Of a stretch of DNA of 64,000 bases, positions 9,513-18,899 are shown piece after piece. The first letter of the stretch is position 1. Each line of letters begins with the position of its first letter. Position numbers and translations under genes: made by a program. Below the pieces are notes generated by a model. It ran no database searches. It was not told where the DNA came from and saw only the letters and a program-made list of their open reading frames with translations. This stretch comes from an archaeon (GTDB lineage: Archaea; Nanobdellota; Nanobdellia; Pacearchaeales; GW2011-AR1), in NCBI GenBank assembly GCA_018697295.1, contig JABHTJ010000002.1, positions 28,027 to 92,026 of the forward strand. Reading direction: 5' to 3'.

Positions 9513-10973
9513 ATGAGGGAGAGAACTTTTTTGTGGGCAATTTTTATTTTGACTGTTGTTTTCTTTAGTCTTTTAAATATTCACAATGATTTTGCAATTA
9601 TTTCTCAGAATACTGGAAATGTTGTCGATTCAGGTTTTGTTGATTTGACAGTTAATCTTGAGACTAATGATACTATAAATATCACTTCTCCTGCAGACAA
9701 TGGTGTCGAAATTAGTGCAACCTATAATGCGACTTATGAAGTTTTTCTTAATGCAACTAATGATACTGCAGTTACTTCTTGGTATTATTCTTTGAATGAT
9801 GATTTGCATGGGACCCTAGTATATCAGAATATCTCATTTACTCCCAATACGACTTTTCAGGCTGTTCGGTGGCAGAATACTTTGACTGTTATCGGAGTTA
9901 AGAATTCAACGACTAATTTAACTGACTCCGTTACGTTTAATGTAAGTGTTGTTGCAAACACTAATCCGATCTTATCTACCTTGGTCGACCAAGAAGTTTG
10001 TGAAGGTTCCAAAATTAATTATAGTTATTACGCCGAGGATGTTGACGAACATGAAAATACTTTGACTTCGATAGTAAATCCTTCTTATGATCTTAGCTCG
10101 AGTCCGTTTGATATTGCAAGCATGGGTGTAACAGATTATAATCGGACTAATTTTTATATTTTTTCTCCAACTCTTACAAGTAGCCATGTTGGAAATCATA
10201 CCTTGAATATAAGTGTTTTAGATGGCGATGGAGGAATAGATCAACAAAATGTTACTGTTGAAGTTCTTGGCATTTCATCTTCTTCTTGTTCTACTCCTAG
10301 TTCCAGTGATGGAGATGCCGGAGGGGGCGGAGGGGGCGGAGGAGCTGGAGGCTCTTGTACCGAAATTTGGGCATGTGGTTCTTGGGATGAATGTGTTAAT
10401 GTTGAAGATGCGCTTTCTTTTGGAATTTTGGATGAAGAGGGCTATAACTTTGCTAAAGAGTTGTGCGTATTTGAAGATTATGGAGAAGAAATTTGTGGTT
10501 ATCAAACTAAAATTTGTGACGATGTTAACGAGTGCAATAATGATTATGTTGCTAAATTACAACCCGATTCCTTTCAGGCCTGTTATTTTGTAGAAGATCC
10601 TAGTTGTAGCGACGGTGTAACAAATTGTCATGATGGTTCTTGTGAGCTGTTGATTGATTGTGGTGGGCCGTGTAATGCGTGTGCTACTTGTTCTGATGGA
10701 ATTCAAAATCAGGGAGAAGCTGGAATTGATTGTGGAAGTCCTTGTGCATTTTCTTGTGACATTGAAGAACCTTCTGACACTTCCCCATTTATTTCTAAAT
10801 TTCTTTTAGTTTTAGGGTTTAAATCCCCTATAACTTTTGAGAAACTTATTTTTGGTGGAATTATTTTGAGCGGCCTTATGATACTATTATTAATTATTTA
10901 CTGGCTCTTGGTTTATTCTCGAGTTAAAATATTGCTTGGAAAAATTCATTATAAGAAAAATCGACGTCGGTGA
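9513..10973 (+). CDS. Surface protein with Ig/cadherin-like domains, poly-Gly linker, Cys-rich repeats and C-terminal TM
   Basis: NTNPIL...AEDVDE...DGDGG cadherin-like motifs; CSDGIQNQGEAGIDCG repeats; TM then basic tail. Confidence 0.85.
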   Translation: MRERTFLWAIFILTVVFFSLLNIHNDFAIISQNTGNVVDSGFVDLTVNLETNDTINITSPADNGVEISATYNATYEVFLNATNDTAVTSWYYSLNDDLHGTLVYQNISFTPNTTFQAVRWQNTLTVIGVKNSTTNLTDSVTFNVSVVANTNPILSTLVDQEVCEGSKINYSYYAEDVDEHENTLTSIVNPSYDLSSSPFDIASMGVTDYNRTNFYIFSPTLTSSHVGNHTLNISVLDGDGGIDQQNVTVEVLGISSSSCSTPSSSDGDAGGGGGGGGAGGSCTEIWACGSWDECVNVEDALSFGILDEEGYNFAKELCVFEDYGEEICGYQTKICDDVNECNNDYVAKLQPDSFQACYFVEDPSCSDGVTNCHDGSCELLIDCGGPCNACATCSDGIQNQGEAGIDCGSPCAFSCDIEEPSDTSPFISKFLLVLGFKSPITFEKLIFGGIILSGLMILLLIIYWLLVYSRVKILLGKIHYKKNRRR

Positions 10974-10977
10974 AAAC

Positions 10978-11781
10978 TTATAATTGGCTTTGATAGAATT
11001 TTTGTCTTAACAAATCTCTATTTACTACTTCTTTTTGAACAAGATCTTTTAAGAGTAGTTTTTGCATGAACGTTAATTCTTCTGAATTTCCGCAAATTGA
11101 TGAAGCCATGTTTTTGATTTCCCTTGAAATTTGATTTCTTGGGTCTGAATATGTTATTGGAGATTTTTTATGTGCTGCTCTTGCTATTCTTTTGTCATCC
11201 CTTATTTTTGCGACTACTGGGATTTGCGAAATTTCTTCTACTTCAAATAAATCATACTCGTGTTTTGGACTTCGAATTTTATTTACAATGATTCCTTCAA
11301 TTGGGGTTTCTTGTTTTTTTGCGATTTCTGCAGCTTTTAGCGTCGTTGTAAGTGTTACTTTGTCAGGAGAAGTTACTAAGAAGACTTTGTCTGCTGCGGC
11401 TATGACAGGTTTTAATTCTTCGAAGTGCGGAGAGGAATCCAAGATTATGAAATCATATCTACTCTTGTATTTGTCTAAGACTTTTTTTAATTTGAAAATA
11501 TCTATTTCACTATTGTGGTCCATTGATGCTGGAATGACATCGATTCCATGAGATTCATAAATTGCATTATGAAGTCCGGTTCCATTAAGTGCGTCGTGGA
11601 GAGTTACATCATTTGTTAAATCAAGATATAATCCAATATTTGGTGCTGAGAAATTAGCGTCAACTAATAAAACTCTTTTTCCAAAATCATTGACTAAAGA
11701 ACTTGCAGTTTCAAGGGCTAAGGTTGTTTTTCCAACACCTCCCTTGATTGAAACAAATGCTAATATATTTTGTTCTGACAT
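10978..11781 (-). CDS. minD: MinD/ParA-family ATPase
   Basis: Deviant Walker A KGGVGKTT, LLVDANFSAPN, YDFIILDSSP, GIIVNK. Confidence 0.85.
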   Translation of the reverse strand: MSEQNILAFVSIKGGVGKTTLALETASSLVNDFGKRVLLVDANFSAPNIGLYLDLTNDVTLHDALNGTGLHNAIYESHGIDVIPASMDHNSEIDIFKLKKVLDKYKSRYDFIILDSSPHFEELKPVIAAADKVFLVTSPDKVTLTTTLKAAEIAKKQETPIEGIIVNKIRSPKHEYDLFEVEEISQIPVVAKIRDDKRIARAAHKKSPITYSDPRNQISREIKNMASSICGNSEELTFMQKLLLKDLVQKEVVNRDLLRQKFYQSQL

Positions 11782-11844
11782 TCTATCACCTCGATTGTAT
11801 AAATCCTTTAGAGTATTTAAGATTAGTGTTCTTGTGAAGATAAA

Positions 11845-13293
11845 TTACAGTTTTTTAAACTCAATTCTTTCAGAAATTAAATCTTGAATTATTCTTGGCG
11901 TTTCGTCTATAGAAATAATTTTTTGTTTTCCATCATCCCGACTTCTAATTGTCACTGTTTTATTTTTTTGAGAATCTGAGTCAACAGTTAAACAAAATGG
12001 GGTTCCGATTTCGTCATTTCTTGCATATCGTTTTCCAACCGAACCAGATTCATCATAGGTTGCATTCATTTCTTTTTTTAGTAAGTTATAGAGTTCTCGC
12101 GATATTTTTACTTGTTCTGCGTCTTTTTTTATCAGTGGGAAAATTGCAACTTTTGTCGGTGCTAATTTTGGATGAAGTTTTAAGACAATATTTTCTTTTT
12201 CATTTTTTGAATATGATTCGAATAGAAATACTAAAAATGCTCTTTCAACTCCAAGACTTGGCTCTGCAACTACCATTGGAAGAATTTTTTCATCGTCGTC
12301 CATTATTTTTAAATCTTTTTTAGAATATTTTTCGTGCGTTTCTAAATCGTAGGTTCCTCTATCTGCAATTCCTTGTAATTCTTTCCAGCCGAATGGAAAG
12401 TTATATTCGATGTCCCACGTATCGGTTGCATAATGTGATTTTTCATCTTTAGTGTGTTGTCTTACTCTAAAATTATTCGGATTTGCTCCAAGTGAAACAA
12501 ACCATGAAATTTCTGTTGCCAACCAATATCCATGCCATTTTAATTTGAAGATTTTCTTTTGGATGGCTTCCTTTACCGTAATCTTTTTTGATTCTTCATT
12601 ATTTTCTTGCATTTCACTTGATAAAACTTGTAATTCTATTCCTCCAACTTCTTCTTTTGCAGGACATTCATTTTTCTTTTTTGGATTAATAAAGTACTCA
12701 ATTTCCATTTGTTCGAATTCACGAGATCTAAATAAAAAATTTCTTGGAGCTATTTCGTTTCTAAATGATTTCCCGATTTGTGCGATTCCGAATGGAAGTT
12801 TTAATCTGGCATTATCTTGGACAAGTTTGAAATTTGTAAAAATTAATTGTGCCGTTTCTGGTCTAAGGTATGCTAGTTTTGAATCTTCTTTTATTGGTCC
12901 GACTTGAGTTGTAAACATCGGATTAAATTCTCCTCTTGAATCTAATTTTCCATTACATTTTTCACATTTTGCCGTTGCTAACTCGTGCTTATCTACTTTC
13001 GATTTTGTTTTACATTTTGTGCAAACAACTGCAACATCTACAAAATTTCCTACATGTCCTGATGCTTCCCAAACTTTTGGATTAGTGATTATGCTTCCAT
13101 CAATTCCAACAATATCTTCTCTTTCTTGGACGTGAAATTTCCACCATTCTTTTTTGAGGTTATTTTTGAATTCAACACCTACTGGCCCAAAATCCCAAAA
13201 TCCTGATCCTCCTCCATAAATTTCTCCTGAAGGATACACAAATCCTTTCCGTTTGCAGAAATTTGCTAGTTCGTCGATAGTTAATTTTGCCAT
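11845..13293 (-). CDS. glyS: Glycine--tRNA ligase (homodimeric type)
   Basis: KRKGFVYPSGEIYGG, YLRPETAQ, GKSFRNEI, REFEQMEIE, EPSLGVER; start moved to MAKLTIDEL. Confidence 0.97.
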   Translation of the reverse strand: MAKLTIDELANFCKRKGFVYPSGEIYGGGSGFWDFGPVGVEFKNNLKKEWWKFHVQEREDIVGIDGSIITNPKVWEASGHVGNFVDVAVVCTKCKTKSKVDKHELATAKCEKCNGKLDSRGEFNPMFTTQVGPIKEDSKLAYLRPETAQLIFTNFKLVQDNARLKLPFGIAQIGKSFRNEIAPRNFLFRSREFEQMEIEYFINPKKKNECPAKEEVGGIELQVLSSEMQENNEESKKITVKEAIQKKIFKLKWHGYWLATEISWFVSLGANPNNFRVRQHTKDEKSHYATDTWDIEYNFPFGWKELQGIADRGTYDLETHEKYSKKDLKIMDDDEKILPMVVAEPSLGVERAFLVFLFESYSKNEKENIVLKLHPKLAPTKVAIFPLIKKDAEQVKISRELYNLLKKEMNATYDESGSVGKRYARNDEIGTPFCLTVDSDSQKNKTVTIRSRDDGKQKIISIDETPRIIQDLISERIEFKKL

Positions 13294-13370
13294 ATTTTTT
13301 TGAAGGGTTTGGGATTTATAAAATATGTTATTCAATAAACTTTTAAATTGGCTTTATTAGGTAGTTTTAA

Positions 13371-13445
13371 GCTCCTGTAACTCAGTCTGGATAGAGTGTC
13401 AGCCTTCTAAGTTGAAAGTCGCAGGTTCAAATCCTGTCAGGAGCG
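13371..13445 (+). tRNA. tRNA-Arg(TCT)
   Basis: GCTCCTG/CAGGAGC acceptor stem, TCAGC-CT-TCT-AA-GTTGA anticodon arm, GCAGG-TTCAAAT-CCTGT T arm. Confidence 0.95.
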
Positions 13446-13552
13446 TAGTCCTGAGGACAGTCTTTGAACCTTTAAGGTTCAAGCGTCGGATTGAAAATCC
13501 TCGCTGACATCGGTCGCACTTCGTTTGCTTCATTGTCAATCCAATCAGGAGC
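13446..13552. repeat. ~107-bp palindromic element ending in an imperfect copy of the tRNA-Arg 3' end
   Basis: Palindrome TTGAACCTT-T-AAGGTTCAA (13464-13482); inverted pair GGATTGAAAAT/ATTGTCAATCC; AATCCaaTCAGGAGC vs tRNA AATCCtgTCAGGAGC. Confidence 0.55.
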
Positions 13553-13604
13553 TTACCAGTTGCAGAAGTAAGGTTTATATTCTTCTGTTTTACTGGTATA
13601 TCAA

Positions 13605-13675
13605 GCAGGCGTAGCCAAGCGGTAAGGCAAGAGGCTGCAACCCTCTGATCCTGGGTTCAATTCCCAGCGTCTGCT
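13605..13675 (+). tRNA. tRNA-Cys(GCA)
   Basis: GCAGGCG/CGTCTGC acceptor stem, AGAGG-CT-GCA-AC-CCTCT, CTGGG-TTCAATT-CCCAG, U73 discriminator. Confidence 0.95.
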
Positions 13676-13771
13676 TTTTGAGATTAGTTTATATGTGAGC
13701 GTGGCTAATAATTTTTTGAATTGAATATTTTAGAATTAATTTTTAGGCCATCTAAGTTGATTGATCTAAAA

Positions 13772-14008
13772 TTATTTTTTTGTTGATTTTAAAATAATAA
13801 AATATATTGCGAATACTATTATGCTTGGAATCATCATCACAATTCCTATATATTTGAGAACATTGCTTTGATATTTTATGATGTCTAGAAAGATAAGGAT
13901 TATTCCCAGTATAAAAAATAGGGCACCCATATAGACTGCGGCAATTGACCATCCTCTTATGAATTGAAGAATTGTCGCATTTCCAGGGGAGTTATTTTTA
14001 GCTGCCAT
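13772..14008 (-). CDS. Small two-TM membrane protein
   Basis: Two hydrophobic helices; TATA-like TTTAAA upstream. Confidence 0.65.
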   Translation of the reverse strand: MAAKNNSPGNATILQFIRGWSIAAVYMGALFFILGIILIFLDIIKYQSNVLKYIGIVMMIPSIIVFAIYFIILKSTKK

Positions 14009-14123
14009 ATTTATATCCTAGGGGATAAATTGTTTAAATAGTTTATAGTCTTATTAAAAATTTAATTTATTCTAGATATTGTTCTTTAGTAAACATTATA
14101 AGTTTAATTTTACTAGTTAAATT

Positions 14124-15044
14124 ATGGCAGAACGAATAAAGATTACGTTTTTGGGCACAGGTAGTGCGATTCCGACAGCTAGGCGTAGTCATACTGCGAT
14201 TTATCTTCAATACAAGGCGGAGAATATTTTGATTGATTGTGGTGAAGGAACCCAGAGACAATTTCGAAAAGCAAAACTTAATCCTTGCAAGGTTACTAAG
14301 ATTTTGATTACTCATTGGCATGGCGATCATGTTCTTGGGTTGTCAGGATTTTTGCAAACACTTGCGCTTAATGGTATGACTAAAAAAGTTGAACTTTATG
14401 GGCCTGAAGGAACTAAAGAAAAAGTGAGAGAATTTTTTGATACGTTTATGCGTCCTGGATGGAAAATGAATCTTGAAGTCTTTGAAGTTGGAGAAGAAAA
14501 GTTTTTAGAAAATGATGAATTTTATTTTGAATCTAAACTTGCGAAACATAGCGTTGAGGCCGTTTCATATTCATTTGTTGTAAAAGAAAAAAGTCGATTG
14601 GACCGAGATAAGCTTGCGAAATTAAAGATTGGTAATTCTCCTTTGATGGGCAAATTAGCTCAAGGAAAAATTGTAACGATTGATGGTAAAAAAATTGATG
14701 GAAAAAAATTAGTTTATACTGAGCCTAAACGAAAAGTGACTGTTGTTTTAGATACTCTTGTTTGCCCGGGTGCTGTTTCAAATGCGAAAGATGCTGATTT
14801 GCTTATTTGTGAATCTAGTTATTCTATTGAAGAAGCTGAAACTGCCCTTGACCATATGCATTTGACAAGTAAAGATGCTTGTACTATTGCGAAAAAAGCG
14901 AAAGTTAAAGATTTAGTTTTGACACATATTAGTCAACGCTACGATGTTATTCCGAAGAAAATTTTGAGTGAAGCTGAAGAAGTTTTGAAGGGTTCTGGAA
15001 TTGGGGTTCGGGTTGCAGAAGATTTTGATGAAATTGTTCTTTAA
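14124..15044 (+). CDS. rnz: Ribonuclease Z
   Basis: FLGTGSAIPT, DCGEGTQRQ, THWHGDH, exosite, THISQRY. Confidence 0.96.
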   Translation: MAERIKITFLGTGSAIPTARRSHTAIYLQYKAENILIDCGEGTQRQFRKAKLNPCKVTKILITHWHGDHVLGLSGFLQTLALNGMTKKVELYGPEGTKEKVREFFDTFMRPGWKMNLEVFEVGEEKFLENDEFYFESKLAKHSVEAVSYSFVVKEKSRLDRDKLAKLKIGNSPLMGKLAQGKIVTIDGKKIDGKKLVYTEPKRKVTVVLDTLVCPGAVSNAKDADLLICESSYSIEEAETALDHMHLTSKDACTIAKKAKVKDLVLTHISQRYDVIPKKILSEAEEVLKGSGIGVRVAEDFDEIVL

Positions 15045-15191
15045 TTTTTATTTGACAGATTAGTTTAGGTGTTCTCACTATCTTTAATTTTATTTCAGAG
15101 ATTTAGATTTAACGAAGCTCTCGCTGCCTTTAATCTTTTGAGAAGTTGTATCCATTGCGAAATTAAATTGGACTAACGCTCAATTGCTTTT

Positions 15192-15434
15192 TTAGTTAGC
15201 TGCTGAAGACGGAGAGATAAAGACTATCATATCTCCTCGAAGAAACATTCGCCCGTAGCTTGTTGTTTGTTCGCCGTTTTCAATTTCTTTTGCATTGTCG
15301 AGAACCACATTGATGTGGATGTCAAATGCTAAAAGATTTCCGACAAATTGTCTGCCGTTCTTTAGCTGTACTAAAATCTCTTTACCTTTTGACGTGTTTA
15401 ACAAGTCAAGGGGTCTATCGATTCCATTTACCAT
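15192..15434 (-). CDS. Sm-like archaeal protein (SmAP1/Lsm)
   Basis: RPLDLL, G.LLAFDIHINVVL, LRGD...ISP Sm motifs. Confidence 0.95.
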   Translation of the reverse strand: MVNGIDRPLDLLNTSKGKEILVQLKNGRQFVGNLLAFDIHINVVLDNAKEIENGEQTTSYGRMFLRGDMIVFISPSSAAN

Positions 15435-15552
15435 AGTTTTAGTGAATAGTTTTACTTTTTAAAACTTTAGATAGGTTCTTTTCATGAGAGATTTTTCTAA
15501 GTTATTTTTATTTAACCCAAACTATTAAATAGATATTTTTTTGTATATTGTA

Positions 15553-16866
15553 ATGAGGACTATGGGAGCTATTAAAATTTCTGGATTGGTAGTTGTATTG
15601 ATTGTCTTATTAGTTTTGATTGGAAATTCTCTAAGTGGTTTAGCTATTGTCAAAAGTCCAGTTCCATCAGATTCTGATGAAACTTCGAAAGATACGCCTC
15701 CTAGTGATGATCCTGATACTTTTGATTCGGATCCTGCTCCAGATCCAATTCCTGCTCCAGATACTTTTGAACCTACGATTACTCCGACCTCTGGTAGTGG
15801 GAGCTCTGGAAGTTCTTCTGCTACACCTCCTTCTTCCACCGTGCCTGGAGAAGTGGTAATTGAAACTTCTTTTGGTTCTGGTATCACGATCGCAGATTTT
15901 GAAGAAGTGGGTGGGGCCGCAGTTGAATTAATCCCTGTTGGTGATTCTTCTTTTGGAGGAATTTTAATATTTACTCCTGGTGTTGGTGGTGTTCTTCAAG
16001 CTCCGGAAGGAAACTATTTGGTTGGGCCTCTTCAGACAGGGCCTTCGGATGGGGATGTTCGTCCATGTGTCTCTTCTTGGTTATGTTCTGAGTGGGAAAG
16101 TTGTATTAGCGACTTTCAACACCGTACCTGTGAGGATTTGAACGATTGTGAAATCCCTACTAACTCTCCGAGAAAAACAACTTCATGTACTTCTGCGAAT
16201 TTTTGTGAAGAGGATTGGGAATGTTCTTGGAGTGAATGTTCTCCATTGACTGATTTTAGTAACCCTATCCATTGTATAGATTCTAATAATTGTGGGACTG
16301 AATATGAGCTTCCAGATTCTCAAAATTGTAATGCTCCTGTGGCTTGTTCCCCCAAATTTACCTGTGGTGATTGGAGTGATTGCGATGTAGATTATGGTTT
16401 TAATTCATTTGATGAAGGTTCTGAAAATTTATTTGGAGGGCTTCAACACCGTACCTGTGAGGATTTGAACCTCTGTGGAGAACCAACTAAGCAATCTCGA
16501 AGCTGCGCTTTAGAAAAAGATATAGAAATTGTTATTGGGGAACAATGTGATTCGGCACAATTTGTTTTATCTGATTTATCGAATGGAGAGATTGTAGCTA
16601 AAATAGATAAGGAAAAATTTGAAATTACCCTTGGGGATGATGGAAGCGAGGGGATTGAACTTTGTACATCTTGTTTGAATGGATTACTTGATTCAGATAA
16701 GGGCGAGGAAGGTGTTGACTGTGGTGGAGAGGATTGTTTGCCTTGTGATGTAAAATATAGTCCTGTAGTTTTTGAGGAAGAATCTTTCTTTGAGAAGGTT
16801 ACTATTTTTACAAAAACTTCTTTTGTTAGGGATATTTTTGACTTGTTTAAAAATATTTTTAGTTAA
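15553..16866 (+). CDS. Cys-rich secreted/surface protein with Pro/Asp/Ser-rich linker and thrombospondin-like CxxxWxCxxWxxC repeats
   Basis: Signal/TM helix, three W-x-C repeats, GEEGVDCGG..C motif; start chosen at first ATG. Confidence 0.8.
   Translation: MRTMGAIKISGLVVVLIVLLVLIGNSLSGLAIVKSPVPSDSDETSKDTPPSDDPDTFDSDPAPDPIPAPDTFEPTITPTSGSGSSGSSSATPPSSTVPGEVVIETSFGSGITIADFEEVGGAAVELIPVGDSSFGGILIFTPGVGGVLQAPEGNYLVGPLQTGPSDGDVRPCVSSWLCSEWESCISDFQHRTCEDLNDCEIPTNSPRKTTSCTSANFCEEDWECSWSECSPLTDFSNPIHCIDSNNCGTEYELPDSQNCNAPVACSPKFTCGDWSDCDVDYGFNSFDEGSENLFGGLQHRTCEDLNLCGEPTKQSRSCALEKDIEIVIGEQCDSAQFVLSDLSNGEIVAKIDKEKFEITLGDDGSEGIELCTSCLNGLLDSDKGEEGVDCGGEDCLPCDVKYSPVVFEEESFFEKVTIFTKTSFVRDIFDLFKNIFS
16115..16470 (+). 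repeat. Exact 29-bp intragenic direct repeat (16115-16143 and 16442-16470)
   Basis: ttcaacaccgtacctgtgaggatttgaac occurs twice (QHRTCEDLN). Confidence 0.9.
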
Positions 16867-17026
16867 TTTTTTCAATCACAACTCTTTTAAATTAGATTAT
16901 TTAGTTTTTATTATTGGCTCTCTCGAAGCAATTAAAAATGGAATTGCTTTTTGAAGTTAGTCATTTTCAATGGCTCCTCCGGACCAACTAATTTTGGTTA
17001 CGGCCGGATAAATTGTCAAAATCAGT

Positions 17027-17098
17027 GGCTCCGTAGCTCAGCGGTAGAGCGCCGCTCTCATGAGGCGGAGGCCGGGAGGTCAGCACTCCCCGGAGCCA
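17027..17098 (+). tRNA. tRNA with CAT anticodon (elongator Met or Ile2), non-canonical T loop
   Basis: GGCTCCG/CGGAGCC acceptor stem, GCTC/GAGC D stem, CCGCT-CT-CAT-GA-GGCGG, GGGAG-GTCAGCA-CTCCC. Confidence 0.85.
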
Positions 17099-17144
17099 TT
17101 TATTTTTTAGAAATGATTATAAACTATTATTGGTAATCTAATTT

Positions 17145-17426
17145 ATGGAAGGTGTTTTTTTGGGGCTTAATTCTTTAGTGTCAGATACTGTCGTAGATAG
17201 TTTTGGTTTGCTCGCCGTTATTTTGAAGACGCTTGGAATTGTAGTTATTGTCTATATTATTTATTTTATTATAAAGACTATTTTCGATATCAAGAGAAAT
17301 CGTCGAATAAAATTTATTGAGAGCAAAATTATTTCTGTTGAACATAAACTTGATGCTCTTTTAAAAAATCAAAAAGTGAATGTTATGTCTAAAAAATCTT
17401 TGAAGAAAAAACATTCTAAAAAATAG
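17145..17426 (+). CDS. Small membrane protein with basic C-terminus
   Basis: One TM helix, coiled-coil-like basic tail. Confidence 0.7.
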   Translation: MEGVFLGLNSLVSDTVVDSFGLLAVILKTLGIVVIVYIIYFIIKTIFDIKRNRRIKFIESKIISVEHKLDALLKNQKVNVMSKKSLKKKHSKK

Positions 17427-17726
17427 TTATTTTGATAATACGATTTCAAGCGTGGAAACATTTATCAGTTTTCCTTCATCATTTTCAAACTCTTTACTTC
17501 CCATGACTATATTTTTTACCTTGAGATTTTTATCGATTAAAAATTTTCTTCTTGTAACTTCGGCAACATCAACTGCTTTTGAAATAAATTTTCCACGGGA
17601 CTTTATGATTACTTCAGAAACATTATTTATATTAAATTGTACAATGACTCCATTTACATAATTCATAAAAGGTTTTCCCCCAATGAAAATTGAGTTGTCG
17701 TTCTTATCTTTTGTTTTAGCTGTCAT
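17427..17726 (-). CDS. albA: DNA/RNA-binding protein Alba
   Basis: IFIGGKPFMNYV, IKSRGKFISKAVDVAE, NVSTLEIVL; start moved to MTAKTK. Confidence 0.95.
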   Translation of the reverse strand: MTAKTKDKNDNSIFIGGKPFMNYVNGVIVQFNINNVSEVIIKSRGKFISKAVDVAEVTRRKFLIDKNLKVKNIVMGSKEFENDEGKLINVSTLEIVLSK

Positions 17727-17730
17727 GTTA

Positions 17731-17937
17731 TTACTCGTCGTCGTTATCAATTATCGTCTTTTTTGCTGTCTTTAATCGTGCAATATATCCTGCAATTCCG
17801 TTTCGCATTCGCTTACTTGGAAGAATGCTTCCTAGAGACTTTTTGTTCTCTTCGAATGTTTTTCCAAATGATTCTGGCGAATTCTCTAAGAGTTTTTTTG
17901 AGGTTCTCTTGATTAATTTTGTTTTTATTCTTCCCAT
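17731..17937 (-). CDS. rps17e: 30S ribosomal protein S17e
   Basis: MGRIKTKLIKR...FEENKK...SKRMRNGIAGYI. Confidence 0.96.
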   Translation of the reverse strand: MGRIKTKLIKRTSKKLLENSPESFGKTFEENKKSLGSILPSKRMRNGIAGYIARLKTAKKTIIDNDDE

Positions 17938-17976
17938 TCTATGGCTTGTTATTTTGGCTTTAAAAGACTTTCGTCA

Positions 17977-18855
17977 TTATTCTAGGACTTTTATCTTGCA
18001 AATGTTTTCATATTCTTTGATGAAGTTTTCTATGCTTTTTGGAGGACTTTTTCGGATAATGTAAAGGCAGGGCATTTTGCTATATGTTGCTCTTTGAATT
18101 GCCGACTTGATTTCTTCTTTTGAGATAGACTTCTTGTCTTTTGCAATAAGTATTAGGTAGAAATTTCCGAGCGAGGTTTTCATACGAATTTTTGCGACAA
18201 TTTCTCGTTTACTTATTTGAATTTCTTCGATGAACTCGAGATTATTCTTTTTTAAGAATTTTTTAACTTCTTCTAAAAAATCTATTGAACTTTCTTCAAA
18301 GATACTTTCCATTTTTTCTTCCTTTTTTGAATGATCTTTTTTTTGAGGAGTATTCGTCTTTTCTTTTTCAATTTTTTCTGTCTCAACTTTAATTTTCGAA
18401 TTACCTTCTTCTTTTTCTTCCTTTTCTGCAGGAGTTATTTCCTCGATTTCTTCTTTAGTTTCAAATGCATATTTCCACATTATTTTCTCGTTTGACTTAA
18501 ATGGTTTTGCAAAGTCTTTCAGATTTCTAAGCGAGACCCTAATTGAAGGTCCTTGTTCTTCGTCATGTAATATTTTTTCCTCCTTTAGTTTTAGAAATGC
18601 CTCTTTTTCTGCAGATTTTAGATGTTCTGTAAAATTCTCTAGCTGATTTTCTTGTCCTGAAATTAAATATAGTGGTGAGGCTCCAATTTTTAGGTTGCTT
18701 AAAACTATTCTTTTTTCATTTAGTAATTCCGATAAAATTGCTGATGCGAAAACTGGCTCCATTTTGATTTCTCGCGCAATTCTGACTGGAAGTGCAGGGC
18801 CATGAATTTTTAGAAATGCTATAATGGAGTTCTTTTTTTCAGTAATGTCTATCAT
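17977..18855 (-). CDS. Hypothetical protein with N-terminal winged helix and charged linker
   Basis: IIAFLKIHGPALPVRIAREI...ILSELL...IGASPLY wHTH-like segment; start uncertain. Confidence 0.75.
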   Translation of the reverse strand: MIDITEKKNSIIAFLKIHGPALPVRIAREIKMEPVFASAILSELLNEKRIVLSNLKIGASPLYLISGQENQLENFTEHLKSAEKEAFLKLKEEKILHDEEQGPSIRVSLRNLKDFAKPFKSNEKIMWKYAFETKEEIEEITPAEKEEKEEGNSKIKVETEKIEKEKTNTPQKKDHSKKEEKMESIFEESSIDFLEEVKKFLKKNNLEFIEEIQISKREIVAKIRMKTSLGNFYLILIAKDKKSISKEEIKSAIQRATYSKMPCLYIIRKSPPKSIENFIKEYENICKIKVLE

Positions 18856-18899
18856 TTTTTTAGAAGTTATCTTTAGATTATAAATATTTCTTAATTCTA

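Noticed and set aside
16960-17026. Small hairpin and TGGCTCC copy upstream of the CAT tRNA as an att site or split-tRNA piece
   Set aside because: Match is only 7 nt and no tRNA half can be built.
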